Shown here one piece after another: positions 13,200-27,242 of a stretch of DNA of 64,000 nt. Below the pieces are notes generated by a model. The model had not been told where the DNA came from. It did no database searches and worked only from the letters and a program-made list of their open reading frames with translations. Source of the stretch: Eledone cirrhosa (taxonomy: Eukaryota); contig OZ024749.1 in NCBI GenBank assembly GCA_964016885.1, positions 41,044,001 through 41,108,000 of the forward strand, given 5' to 3'. A program made the translations under genes and the position numbers. How positions within the stretch are numbered: the first letter of the stretch is position 1; each line of letters begins with the position of its first letter.

Positions 13200-13279
<80 letters not shown>

Positions 13280-13696
13280 CACACACACATATATACATTC
13301 ACACACACACATATACACACTCAGAAGCATACTCCCACTCACGAGGAAGCCTCTATATCAGGACTGCATGCGGTACTTTATGGTTTCTGTTATGTATGAC
13401 ATACAATGTCATAACTATATACATATATATATAAACTTTAAAAAAATAACAAAGAAAGGATAAAACAACGAACGGAAACAAAACAAAATGAAAAAAAATT
13501 TTTTTAAGGGAAAAAAAAATTATTAAAAAATTATTTTTTATAAATAAAAAATACAAATGGATACAGAACTCCATGGTCGATCAGCCATTGAGATGGACCT
13601 GGACAGTTTAGACCCCTACCAACGATACTGCTGGTCTATCCGAGGTCACAACATCTGACATAAGCCAAATGCTGTCCAGTGGAGTGAGAGACAAAA

Positions 13697-13962
13697 GCGT
13701 TGCGTTGTGTCCTTCAGCAAGACACTTTATTTCATGTTGCTCCAGTTCACTCAGCTGTAGCTGAGTTGCAATGTCAGTGGTGTCAATCTGTAGTGGCCTT
13801 TGTCTTTCAATTGGACAACATCAGTGGCGTGGAGAGGGGAGACTGGTATGTATGGTTGACTGTTGGTCTTCCACAAACAACCTTGCCTGGACTTGTGCTA
13901 CTGAAGGGAACTTTCAAGGTGCAAATCCCATGATCATCCCCGACCAAAGGTGGTCTTTACCC
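13697..13962 (+). mobile_element. CORE-SINE fragment with a different tail
   Basis: gttgtgtccttcagcaagacactttatttcatgttgctccagttcactcagctgtag core. Confidence 0.65.
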
Positions 13963-14005
13963 TATATGTATATATAGAGTTGTGAATATATATATATAGG
14001 GTCGC

Positions 14006-14047
<42 letters not shown>

Positions 14048-14220
14048 ACCCACACTGTAAATGTGGTTGGTGTTAGGAAGGGCATCCAACTGTAGAAAAC
14101 CTGCCAGACAGTCCTATGCGAGCAAGACAATCACTCTTGCCTCAAGTGGGACTACCCCCGTCCAAACCCATGCAAGCGTGGAACACGGACGTTAAACGTT
14201 GATGATGATGATGATGATGA
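14048..14220 (+). mobile_element. RTE 3' UTR fragment
   Basis: Matches 36645-36808; ends in (GAT)n. Confidence 0.8.
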
Positions 14221-14672
14221 TATATATATATATCCAAAATTAAGATAAATTAAATGAATTTAATCCAAATCAAAATTATGGGTGTCATGCCAGAAAGACA
14301 TGCGCCATATCACCCGGAAAATAAGCTCTAAGATTCTAACGAGTAGGTCCGAGCATTTTATAATAACTAGAAATGTTAATCAATTTCTAGTTATTATATA
14401 TATATATATATATATAATAACTTGATAACATTGGGGATGCTTCATTTTAGGGATACAAAATAGCAGACAATAAAACAGTGAATGAAAATAAAGAAAATTA
14501 GCTTTTTGACATTATTTAATTAGCAGAAAATATCTAAAAATTTGCTTTGTTGATTCAAATGTTTATATTATCTTCACTAGCTACGAAATCTTTGAGAAAA
14601 TTTGCAGTATTAGTGTAATGATTTAAATCTTTAATGTGATGCAATCATAGTGTTGTTTTGTTAGTTTTTAAT

Positions 14673-14858
14673 ATTGTTTCTATTTTTGGCACAAGGCCAG
14701 CAATTATCCAGTGCATTACTGGTGCTTTATTTTATCACCCCCATAAGGATGAAAGGCAAAGTTAACCTCAGCAGGATTTGAACTCAGACCGTAAAGGGGC
14801 GTAATCTAAGCTGCAAAACATGGCGTCTGACCCCCTACCAATACTGCCAATCCACTGC
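14673..14858 (-). mobile_element. SINE family A, full length
   Basis: A box, B box and core all present on the minus strand. Confidence 0.85.
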
Positions 14859-15696
14859 CCTTGTAGTTTTAATAATGTCTTACTATTGCGGTTTCATATG
14901 GTACATTACAAGTTAAAAAGCAATCTACTTTTTTGTTGTAAATGTTTGCATTATTTTCTTTTTCAATGTATTAGATTGAAAGATTTATGGGAAATATTTT
15001 TATAAATGATTTATGTATACTTTTTAGTTTTTTACTGGCTTCAGTTATTAGACTGCAGCCATGCGGAGGCAATACTTTGATTTAGTTGATCATATTGATT
15101 CAAGTACTTATTTTTTCAAGTCTGGTATTTATTCTATCAATCTCTTTCTATTGAACTGTTGACACAAACACACAGACTCGCACACACAACCCCCCCTTTT
15201 GTATTAGCAAGGTTTTTCTGTCTGGGCGTCCTTCCTGTCACCAACCACTTTACAGTGTGGATTGGGTGCAGTTTATCATGCCATTAGTACTATATAGATT
15301 GTCTGAGTCCTCTCTAGCCCACATCAGTTTTTATTCAGTGTGATTGCTCTCCTAGGCAGGTTGACTTCACTACGGTTGACTGCTCACTGCAGCCTTATTT
15401 ATTCAGAATACCTGCCCTCAATGATAGGCAGTTTTTGCTGCAGCTTACAAAGCCCTCATCTATATACAATGGGTTTCTGCAATTTCAGTCTACTAAATTT
15501 CACTCACAAAACAGCTTGCAGTCAACTGCTGCCCCCCACTGAATTAGCTCAGCAAGGCGAGGGAGGCAATCTGATATGAGTCGCAAGAAAGAAAGGATCT
15601 TACTTAAGGTTGCAATAAAACTTGCACATCTCATTCAGTTTCATATAATTGTTATTTTTTTCTTTCATTTTAATTCACTTGCATTGTATTGTCTGT

Positions 15697-15912
15697 CATT
15701 TTATATACCTAAAGCAAAACATTGTATTATCTGGCATTTTATATACCTAAAGCAAAACATTGTATTGTCTGGCATTTTATATACCTAAAGCAAAACATTG
15801 TATTGTCGGTCATTTTATATACCTAAAGCAAAACATTGTATTATCTGGCATTTTATATACCTAAAGCAAAACATTGTATTATCTGGCATTTTATATACCT
15901 AAACCAAAACAT
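15697..15912. repeat. 38-bp tandem repeat, about 5.5 copies
   Basis: Unit cattttatatacctaaagcaaaacattgtatt(a/g)tctgg. Confidence 0.92.
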
Positions 15913-16350
15913 ACCTGTAATTTTTACTAAAATCTTTTAACATAATATTTAGGTTTTCCTGTTTTGTTGTGTCCCAATATGCTTTGGAATGAATGGTATC
16001 GACCTTAATATACCAAAACCATAGTGATTTCCAGAGGTTGACTGAAGAGATGAGACTGTCTGTCTTTCTGTTGTTTTTCCATTGTCTTTGTCCTGTGCAC
16101 CCCTTATTTTAGATTTATATTCTGAAGTCTTAGTTATGCAGGATTTTTTAAAACTATCATATAGTAGATATATATATATAGGTGATTTCTTTTCTTCTTA
16201 GTTACAATGATACTTTTTTTCTTCATTCATCCATTCATTTCCTTCTTTCTTTCCTTCAATATATGTTGTTGCTGTTGATGTTATTGTTTTGACTTTCATT
16301 TCATTTTCTCTCAGATTTTAATTAGAAATTTAGAATTAATTTGATGTCTA

Positions 16351-16433
<83 letters not shown>

Positions 16434-16798
16434 CGTTGTGGCTGATGGGCTCCAAGCATCTTGATTTTACTTGCTGTATTTTATAAAATGTTGTAAATGT
16501 TGTTAGAATTGTTGCTGGTGGTGTTGTGTTGTTATTGTTGTTGTTGTTGTTAGTGTCATCTATATATGATCTTTTCTTTGTAAGTATCTGAGTGTATGCG
16601 TTTTTTTATTATCTAATTATTGATTTTTTTTTGTTATAACTCAGCATATTGCATCATATTATTTGGCAGGGATAAAACCAGAAGATGGGGGTGGATGTAT
16701 TAGATTATGAAACATTCATACTTTTGCTCAAGGACAATTTATGATGTAACTAAAGCTTTTTTTTTTCTCAAATTCTGATGTTGATGTGGGTTATTTAA

Positions 16799-16996
16799 CC
16801 CTTTTACATTTAAACCTGCCATATCTGGTCAGAATTCTCTCACCTCTTTCTCTTCAAACTGGCCATAACTTGCTACTCATACTGATGTTAAGGTATTGTT
16901 CTCAAAATAAGTATCAAAATTTCATGGATTCAATATTATATGAGATAAAGCACGAAAATACAATAGTATATATTGAGTAATATAAATGCTAAAGGG
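16799..16996. mobile_element. piggyBac-type MITE, family 1
   Basis: TTAA-ccctttta...gctaaaggg-TTAA; interior is the reverse complement of 19021-19236. Confidence 0.8.
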
Positions 16997-17589
16997 TTAA
17001 GTCTGCAATACTGTGGCAGTAGTGATTATTGGAACTCTGTCAGCTCTGACTGTGTTTAAACCCATGGTCTATCATGTGGCAACTTTGCTACCCTGGGCCC
17101 ATTCAGTGGATTTGTGCTTTTGTCTCTAACAGCCACACCTCAGTGATAATAATGCAATTTTTGTGATTCATAGTAATCCTTTTATTACCACATTTCTGAT
17201 TCGTTAATGAAGAATTTCTGAAGGGTTTACAAAATTTCATTGATTCGAGATGTGAGATAATTATGTAAGATAAAGCCTTTACCACAAAATTACAAAAACC
17301 AGTATAGAGTAATGTAAATGCTAAAGGGTTAAGGAAACAGAAGGGGTTTGGGACAGGTTGGTATCAAAAGGGAGGGCAAGGGAGGTAGAAAGAGGTAGGG
17401 AGAAATGAAAGGATTGTAAGTTTAGATCACAGTAACCCTGAAGCAATGGATTGTGTAATTGGATGTTTAAACTCCTGAGATGAAGAATTACTAGAATTAT
17501 TTTAAAATTTCTGCCCTGTTAAACCTAAAATTCTGTGTATGTGTTTGTGAGGGTGTGTGTGTGTGTGTTATATGTACCATTGAACTACC

Positions 17590-17679
<90 letters not shown>

Positions 17680-18657
17680 ATGTAGCATTGTACCACTTCT
17701 GTGTGTGTATATATATATGTGTGTGTGTGTGTTATATGTCCCATTGTAACTGCGTGTTTGTGTTATATATATAACATTGTATGAACACTGTGTGTGTGTG
17801 TGTTATATACCATAATACCACCACTGCTGTGTATTAGATGTCCATTGTACCACCACTACCAACCAACAAAATAAATAGGTAGATAGATAAATAGATTCAA
17901 GCATGGAAAAGCTAACGTAAAAACAATGATGATGATGATGATGATGATATTTAAGGTCCTGGAATAGTGACACCTGAAAACCAGAGAACAAAATAAAAAC
18001 ATATTTAAAAAAAATGTAAAACAATGAAATTGAAATTAAATTAGTTTAATGATTTGTGTGTATCTGTATGCCTGTGTGTGTGTGTATACTTGTGTGTATG
18101 CATGTGGGTATGTCTCTGTGTGTTGTGTGCATGCCTCTGTCAGTGTGTGTATATACATGTAGGTATGTGTGTGTGTGTGTGTTTCAGCAAAAGGGTTTCC
18201 ATCAATTCTTCTCATTACTGATAACTACAGAAATTAATTAATTCTCTGTTTATTTGGGAGAAATTAAACACAAAAGAAATTATAGGGGGAGGGGAGTGAA
18301 GGTGTTGGGAGTTGGTTTTTATTGTTATTACAAAACCACCACCATCACCTCCACTTAACTCCCCATCATTACTAACATTTTTATCACCAGCCTTTACTAC
18401 TAATTATCGTCAGCATACCCCCAACACCGCCATCACCAACTTCTCATTACTACCAATCATCATCATCATCCTCTCACCACCACCACCACTACTGCCATCA
18501 TCATCATCATCATCCCTTCACCACTACCACTGCCATCATCATCTCATCATCATCATCCCCTCACCACCACTATCACTGCCATCATCATCATCATCATCAT
18601 TATACATGCACCTTTGATGAGTTGTAGTGCACCTAAGCACTGTACACAATAATTTTC

Positions 18658-18689
<32 letters not shown>

Positions 18690-19020
18690 CTCATCACCAT
18701 TAAACACAATTCTTAGATGTTGATATAATGATACCCAGCCATATTTTACTTGATGCCCCTCTCCCTTTCTGCTGAGTTTTTTTTTTTTCTTTTTCTTCTT
18801 TGTAACCTTAATTGATTATATTGACCATGTTTTCCACGAAGCAAACAGTTTGGTCAGTCTCTCGCACCACATTTGTCTACTTTAACCAATGGAGGCTAAA
18901 CAAGTTGAGGAAAGTTAGTTTTACTAATTAAAATGTGGACTTGAAAAAACAAGAAATTGGTATGATCTACTAAATCCCTTCAAGGCACTACCCCAGCATG
19001 TCTGCAGTTTATATATTTAA

Positions 19021-19236
19021 CCCTTTAGCATTTACATGACTCTATATTTACTATTGTATTTTTGTGATAAAAGTTTTATCTTACATAATTATCACACATA
19101 ATATTGAATCGAGATTTTGATGTTATTTATTTTGAGAACAATACCTTAACATCAGTATGAGCAGCCAGTTATAACCAGTTTGAACAGAAAGAGGTGAGAA
19201 TACTGGCTTGATACAGCCGGTTTAAATGCTAATGGG
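19021..19236. mobile_element. piggyBac-type MITE, family 1
   Basis: TTAA-ccctttagcattta...taaatgctaatggg-TTAA. Confidence 0.85.
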
Positions 19237-19414
19237 TTAAAACAGGATGAGGTCTTTTAGACTATGAGGACATGGCTGTAACCAATTAAAACCTATATGT
19301 AAGTCTGGTACTGTTTGTGGTAGATACAAGGATTTGATAAGACAAGAAATCTTAGCTTAACAACTTGTAGGGAAGACAAGAAATGAAACTATTATAAAGT
19401 AGCAAGGATATTAA

Positions 19415-19665
19415 CTCTTTCGTTACTCAAAATAATGAGAAATTTATAGAAATTTAGTAATAAAACTTTCTCATTATTAAGCTAGTGTCTGGAACGTAAC
19501 TTAACACAAGTTCTTACATAAAATTATGATGGAAAGATTTTAGATAAATTGCAAGCATGGAAAATAGATGTAAAATGGTGATGATGGTGATAACAAACAT
19601 TTTAAAATAAACTGCTTTGTGGCATAGAACTAAGTGTTGTTTCAAGTAGTTTGATATCAAATGGG
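19415..19665. mobile_element. piggyBac-type MITE, family 2
   Basis: TTAA-ctctttcgttac...gatatcaaatggg-TTAA; related copies near 7310, 29220-29760, 39939, 43884, 46690, 49560, 55865. Confidence 0.65.
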
Positions 19666-19902
19666 TTAAAATAGTTAAGATCAATTCCATCGTTGATGAG
19701 CTGGCAGAGAAATCAGCCCACGTCTTTCTGATTGATCTCTGAGAAGCGATAGGAAATTAACACTGATCAATAGATAGCCTCTTTCCTAATTACCTTCCTT
19801 AACGTTTGATCTATTACAACTTCAAACATCCTGCTATACTATTACTGCTGCTACTACTACTATACTACTACTGCTGCTACTACTACTGTTGCTACTAATA
19901 AT

Positions 19903-20912
19903 AGTGGTTTCTGATTTAGGCACAAGGCCAACAATTTTTAGTGAAGGGGAAAGTCGATTATATCGACCCCAGTGTGATACTGGTATTTTATTTTATTGAC
20001 CCCCATAAGGATGAGAGAACAAGCTAACCTCAATGGAAATTGCAATCAGAACATAAAGGGCTGTAACTCTATGCCACAAAGCATGTTGTCCGATGCTCTA
20101 CCAATACTGCCAATCTACTGTCCGACAACAAATAATAATTATAATGGGTTCTGATTTAGACACAAGGCCTGCAATTTGTGGATATGGGAAAGTTGATTGT
20201 ATCGACCCAGTATTTGACTGGTACATTGTTATCAACCTTGAATGGATGAAAGGCAAAGTTGACCTTGGTGGAATTTGGACCCAGAATGAGCAGAATTGGA
20301 ACAAATACTACAAACCATTTCTGCCAATGCTCTAACAATCATGCCAATCCATAATGATAATAATATTAATAATTGTTTCTACTTTTTTGGCACAAGGCCA
20401 GCAATTACCCAGTGTATTACTGGTACTTTATTTTATCGACCCCGTAAGGATGAAAGGCAAAGTTAACCTCGGCGGGATTTGAACTCAATCCGTAAAGGGA
20501 CGTAACTGTGCCACAAAGCATGGCGTCCGACCCTCTACCGATACTGCCAATCCAATAATGGTTTTTTATTTAGGCACAAGGCCAACAATTTTGGGGAAAG
20601 GGGAAGTCGATTAAATTGCGTAACTGGTACTAAAGTACCAGTTACGCAATTTCATCAACCCTGGAAGGATGGAATGCAAAGTTGACCTTGGTGGGAATTG
20701 AACTCGGGATGAAAAGAGCTGGAATAAATGCTGCGAAGCATTAGGTCTGATGCTCTAACGATTCTGCTAATCAATAATAATTACATTTTTTAAATACATT
20801 TTGAGTTCAAATTACACTCAGGTCAATTATAATAAAGTACCAGTCAAGCATTTGGGCCAATATAATCAACTGCTCCCCTGCCCCAAATTGTTAGCCTTGT
20901 GCTTAGAAACAT
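19903..20912 (-). mobile_element. Cluster of family-A SINEs: four head-to-tail minus copies plus one plus-strand fragment
   Basis: Copies start near 19903, 20145, 20370 and 20557, each after an (AAT)n-like tail; fragment at 20795-20912 on +. Confidence 0.85.
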
Positions 20913-21635
20913 TTATACCACCCCACCCCCACTACTACTACTACTACTACTAAGTTGGTTCTGCAACCCAATTTCATTGTTGTGTTACATAACTACTTCA
21001 GTTACTTTATAAATAAATGTTCTTGGGAAAGGCATGCAGGTCTCAACATTTCATCATTCACTGTCTTATCATTATGGTTTCTAAGATAATTAAGAAATCA
21101 TAATGATAAGACTTAACGGTGGTGATGATGATGGTAATGATAAAGATAATAATGACAGTAATGATGTTGGTGGCAATGGTGGTGATGATGGTGATGGTGA
21201 TGATATAGTGATGTTGGTGATGATATAGTGATGTTGGTGATGGTGACAATGGTGGTGATGATGGTGGCGGCGGCGACGATGGTGGTGGTGATGATGATGA
21301 TGATGATGATGATGGTGGTGATGACGGTAATGATAAAGATGATAGTAATGATGACAGTGATGGTGATGATGGTGATGATGGTGATGACATTGATGACAGA
21401 GATGATAATAGTGATATTTATTTATCTTCTTTCATTGAAGTATTTTCCCAATATTGAATAGTTCGATATGTTATCTTTATATGAAAAGGACAATAACAGG
21501 ATGTATATTGATTTTTATTTTCAATAATATCAATAATGAATATTGATAGTTTCATTGTTGAAGGAGACTGCTTTAAAATCTATAAAATACTTGACAATGA
21601 AGAGTTTGAGGACATTTTGGTAGTTAGAGGATATA

Positions 21636-21671
<36 letters not shown>

Positions 21672-21989
21672 TGGCAGCAAGATTGTTGTGTCTATGTGCG
21701 TGTGTAAATGAGATGGTGTGTGTGTGTGAGATGTTGATGTTCATGATGACAACACTGATGGTGGTGGTAGGAGTGATTATGGTGGTGGTAGGAGTGATTA
21801 TGGTAAGGAATTCTGTTGGTGATAGTGGTTGTGATTTGTCTGTTCCAGTTTTTGATGAGGTTTATATGGCTGGGTGTCATTTTGCTAACTTCAACCACTT
21901 TATAGTGTACTGGGTGTATTTTATCATGGCACCAACACTAGATGTCAGGTGCTCAACACAGCCATAGGTCCTCCCTACTTTATGTTGTC

Positions 21990-22738
21990 TTCATCATCAT
22001 CATCATCATCATCACTGTTTTACGTCCATTCTTCCAGGCTACCATGGGTTAGACGGGTTGTCCTGTTATAGGTATTGCCAGGTCAGGTGACCTTGTCTTG
22101 CTCATACAGATCTGATTTTGGCTTGATTTCTACAGCTGGATGCACTTCCTAACACCAACCTCGTTTGTTCATTACATTAAGAATCAGGTGGCTACCTCAT
22201 CCACAGCAAGCTTGAGGGATCTCTCTAGTCTATGTAGCCGCCAGTCTTCATTCTTCTCCGGCCGAGGAAGGTCTTCATATTTATAATCATCTGTCTATCT
22301 TTTCTAACAAGTAAGAAGTCAATCTGGCTTGTATTTATCTGATTGATAGATGATCAGGTGGCCGACTAGTTTCTTGAAGCTACTGTTGCATAGAATCGGT
22401 AGAGGGTTGGACGCCATGCTTTCTAGCATAGTTTCGTCCCTTTACAGTCTGAGTTCAAATCCCGCCGAGGTTAACTTTGCCTTTCATCCTTACGGGGTCG
22501 ATAAAATAAAGTACCAGTAATGTACTGGGTAATTGCTGGCCTGTGCCTAAAGTAGAAACAATTATTTCATTCATATCACAGAATCCCAGGAGCCTCATAC
22601 CCTCTTCATTTCTCAAGCCATAATAACCATAGCCATCATGTGCACCAGAGTAGCCATACTTCTGCTGTCGAACATGTCCATTAATATCTCCTGCTAGGAT
22701 AATATCATCTGTAAATGAGATTGTCTGTAAAATTTCCT
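21990..22738 (-). pseudogene. Internally deleted RTE LINE: APE endonuclease fragment joined to the 3' end
   Basis: Minus strand translates IILAGDINGHV...HDGYGYYGLRNEEGMRLLGFC (22567-22738), then LCNSSFKK..GHLIIY / SQIDFLLVRK (22255-22393), then the RTE tail at 21990-22165. Confidence 0.85.
22394..22565 (+). mobile_element. SINE family A inserted in the RTE endonuclease region
   Basis: B box and core intact; it splits the reading frame above. Confidence 0.88.
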
Positions 22739-22783
22739 TTTATTCTTTACTCTTTATATATATATATATATATATATATCTAG

Positions 22784-22817
<34 letters not shown>

Positions 22818-23298
22818 TTGCAAGCAGGGAAAAGCGGACGTAAAATGATGATGATGATGATATGTCCTGTCGAAACGGCTGGAGCTCAGCCGTTTGGGGG
22901 TCCTGACTCTTTTCCTAATATGTCATATATATATATATACATTATATATATATAATATATATATATTATATATATCTATAAATATATATATGAGAGAGAG
23001 AGAGGTGCATATGAAAACATATATAAATATAAATGGGTAGACTCACTGTCAAAGAATAATATTTTTTCATTTTATAACGTAAAAAATATATTTTTCTCTA
23101 TTTTCCACTGTGAATACATCACAAAGTTGCCAGTATACTCTGAGAGTGTCAGACTGTTGTTTCAAGATGTGTTAATCTTTCATCTTAGTGCTACTGCCAA
23201 TATATGTAACTCATTGAAACGTGGATGTAAAAACAAATTAGATTTGTCATATAAATTTTTATTTTTTATTAATAGTAAAACCTGTTTTTTATTTGTGC

Positions 23299-23329
<31 letters not shown>

Positions 23330-23759
23330 TGTATGTAAGTATGTATGTACTATTTACTTATTGACCTATTGCACCCATTTTTTTTTCAATGCTATTCACA
23401 GTTGCAGCTGTAATTAGACAAAACACACCCTTTCATGTCGCCTGTCTTGGCTTATTATACACACACATATATATACACACATACATAAAACTATGCATAT
23501 ACATATATATATACACGAAAATATGCTTATACATATATATAGAAAAATATGCATATATATATATATATATACACGTTTATGTATTTGTTTATTCTGTTGG
23601 CAATATGACCATCCCTAAATATATATATATATATATGGTGGCTGCCAACTCGTTTTCAAGTACGGCCACCACTTTATATCCATGTAGGAGAACCCCTACT
23701 GATGCGCTGATGAGAGTGACTTTTTAGTCCAGCCAGCGACTTGAAATCTCTGGTACAAA

Positions 23760-24242
23760 CACTATACTTGTGACAATTATTGACACATAGTGCTGGGCCC
23801 ATGGTACCATGTGACGACAAGTGCAGAGAGATCTCCAGATATAAAGCAATGCCTGTGCCGTGAAGCTTTTATAGTGAGCAAAGGCACTGCACAAAGCCAG
23901 TCCCACTCTCTTAACCAAGATGATATTTACCAAAAAGAAGAACAAGTCAACATCATTGGATACCATCAGGGTTGCAGGTGTTATATCAGAGTTTTCATTC
24001 TCCTAGAATTCTGCCTTGACAAAAGCTAAGGGGTCATCTCTCTCGGTGATTTTGGATGGCCATTGACTCTTAAGAGCTCCTTTGCCCTTTGACAGGTTTT
24101 GTTTTAAGTCCTGCAAGATGTCCAAAGTCACCCTCCTCACCAAGAAACCTTGGTGGGGTTGCCAGTTTAGTCGCCAACGACCCGACCATGGGACAGGTTG
24201 TACTGGAATACATGTGACCAGTAGCACCAACTGGTGACCTGA
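23760..24242 (-). mobile_element. RTE-like LINE 5' UTR
   Basis: ctaggagaatgaaaactctgatataacacct motif preceded by a structured GC-rich leader; two homologues elsewhere in the window. Confidence 0.6.
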
Positions 24243-24314
24243 CAGACATATATATATGGCTCCAATGCACTGGGGTAATTGAAAAGTACCATATCCTGTA
24301 TGTATGTGTGTGTG

Positions 24315-24350
<36 letters not shown>

Positions 24351-26745
24351 TACATACAGGATATGGCAACCAACTGTAACTAATGTTTCACTCACTGACC
24401 TAACTTTATATACTTAGTAGTAGTAGTAGTTGTTGTTGTTGTTGCTATTTATTCCAAAATATCTGCCCTGACTGAACAGACCATATAATCAATGTTGTGT
24501 TTCTGTTATAATTGCACTGACATCTAGGATTCTTTATTGGCATCCCTAGTGAATGAGTGCCCTCAAAAATGAGAGCAATAGCATTGAACATATTTCGTTT
24601 TGGGACTCCAGGATTAGTATGACATATATACCAGGATTACTGGACATATTATCAACCATATGAACTGGTAAATTTGTGTTTTGATAAATTAATGGTTTGC
24701 ATAAGAGGAACCCTATCAAAGCCAACTTATCAGCTTGGCTATGCTATTGGGCCTAAAGATTCTCAATTCTTTAAGCTCCAACCACTAAGATATTTCATGA
24801 AAATTTAACTCTTATCATCCTGTACCACATGAAACCATATTGACAAGACATTCTTGAAAAGTTCAAGACAGTCCTTTGAGGGCATCACATTAAAAATTGG
24901 AGTCTTTATTCTAATACAGCACAATTTCACAGCGAACTGTCCACAATTAAAGATACTATAAATATTTAGTACAAAATAGTACCATGACTGCATCAGATTA
25001 AAAATCCAAGTCTTTACTCTCATACTGTAAATTTTTACAATGATCTGTTCATTATCAAAGAAGCTATAAACATTTGAATTGACAAACCTGTTTTAGGCAT
25101 TTTCTACTAAATCATTAGAGGAAGCTAAAGTATGGAATATGTCTCAATGTTAAAAGGATCAGTACTCTTATTTTTCAGTTATTCTTTGTCTAATTGCTAT
25201 AACAATTGCTGTCTTACAGTACATCCATCATACAGTAAATTAAATCTAATCATTTTTGTTAACTGGACAGCTGCTCACCTGGTCTTAGCTGTCCAGTTAA
25301 CAAAAATTAGATTTAATTTACTGTATGATGGATGCACTGCAAGACAGTAATGAAGACATAAGAAATCGTCCTTTTTTTATTGTTATTATATATATATATA
25401 TATATAATCACAATCATCATCATCATCATTTTGTTCCATTTGATGCGGGAATGGTTGGGAGATCGTGTCTCGCTCATACAGAAGTGTCTCTGGCAGGTTT
25501 TTTTACAGCTGGATGCCCTTCCTAACACCAACCACATTTACAGTGTGGACTGGGAGCCTTTTTACCGTGTCTCCTACAAGGCCACCTTACAGATTGATTA
25601 TACATGTGTAAAATTCTTTCATGGATGTTAGTTCTTTACAGAGAAGAAACATTTTTTACGGGTGTTATAAAATATATTTTAACCAAATATCATTTTTGTT
25701 TTATTATTAATAAAACATAAAAATTGCAAATAATGTCCAAATTTTTCTACGGACCACCGGTTGGTGAGTGCTGGTCTAACCTTCATCCCTCTATAACATA
25801 TCAGATAATAATAATAATTAATAAAAAAAGGACGATTTCTTATGTCTTCATTACGTTTATTGAGTAGTGACATGTGTTTTGATATTGATCAGCTCAAGGT
25901 TCAATCTATATCGATCTGGGCCGACTCTGGAATCAAAAGCTCGCTGGACCTCTACTGTGGTAATGACAGATTTACCCTCTGCTTAGTTCTACACCTTTTT
26001 ACAGACAGGAAACTACGCAGCGAGTGGTCACTCAGGTGAACCTACAGTAACTGCACATTACACTCCCTAGATATATATAACTTCTTTTTTAATCTAAAAT
26101 CCCAGCCATTCTATACATTGTATTGTTGTTGCTGCTGTGGTTGTTGTCAATGTTGTATAGGGAAATTGTGGTTGTGACTATGTTTGTATTGGGAAGTTAT
26201 TGTTGTTGTGGTGGTTGTTGTATGTGAAAGTTATTGTTGTGATGGTTCTTGTTGTGTGGAGAAAGTTATTGTGGTTGTTATTGTGGTTGTTACTGTTAGA
26301 TTAAATATCTGCTGTATTTCATGTTGCATCATCCAACAAGGATCCAATCTGCTCAGAATACACACACACACACACACACGCACACGCACACGCACACGCA
26401 CACGCACACGCACACACACATTTCATAGACACATGCATGCATGTATGTCACGCACAAACAATACCCCTACCACCACCGTCACTTAACCCCAACATCATCA
26501 CAACCACCACTAATACCCCCACTACCAATACAACCACCACTCCCCCCCTACCTCCACAAGCCCCCACCCCACTACTACCATCGGCATTGTCGTCATCACA
26601 ACCAATCAATGGCTCTAGTCATCAATGTTATTTCCTTGTTGTCTAGTTAGGATTATCTGCTGAGATCAATAGCCACTAATACCACAGATAATCTTGCCAT
26701 CTTAAACCAATCACATAAACAGAAACATGTTTTACCTTCCTGTCC

Positions 26746-26777
<32 letters not shown>

Positions 26778-26896
26778 GTATATGTATATATATATGTGTA
26801 TATATATGTGTATATATATGTATATATGTATATGTATGTATATATATGTATATGTATATATATATATGTATATATATATATGTATATATATATATG

Positions 26897-26941
<45 letters not shown>

Positions 26942-27138
26942 GTATATATATATATGTATATATATATATATACATATATTATATATGTATATATATATAT
27001 ATATTAATATATATATATATACACACATATATATATATATATACACACACATATATATATATACATACACATATATATATACATATATATATATATACAT
27101 ATATATACACATATATATATATATATATATACATACAC

Positions 27139-27189
<51 letters not shown>

Positions 27190-27242
27190 CACATATATAT
27201 ATATGAACAGGAAGGTAAAACATGTTTCTGTTTATATATATA

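Noticed and set aside
16290-16680. Acceptor-like sites at 16314 and 16644 as exon 2
   Set aside because: In the phase-2 frame both hit a stop within 2-10 codons
23700-23760. CTGATGA...GAAA...GTA as a functional hammerhead
   Set aside because: Stem I does not pair; kept only as a weak remnant
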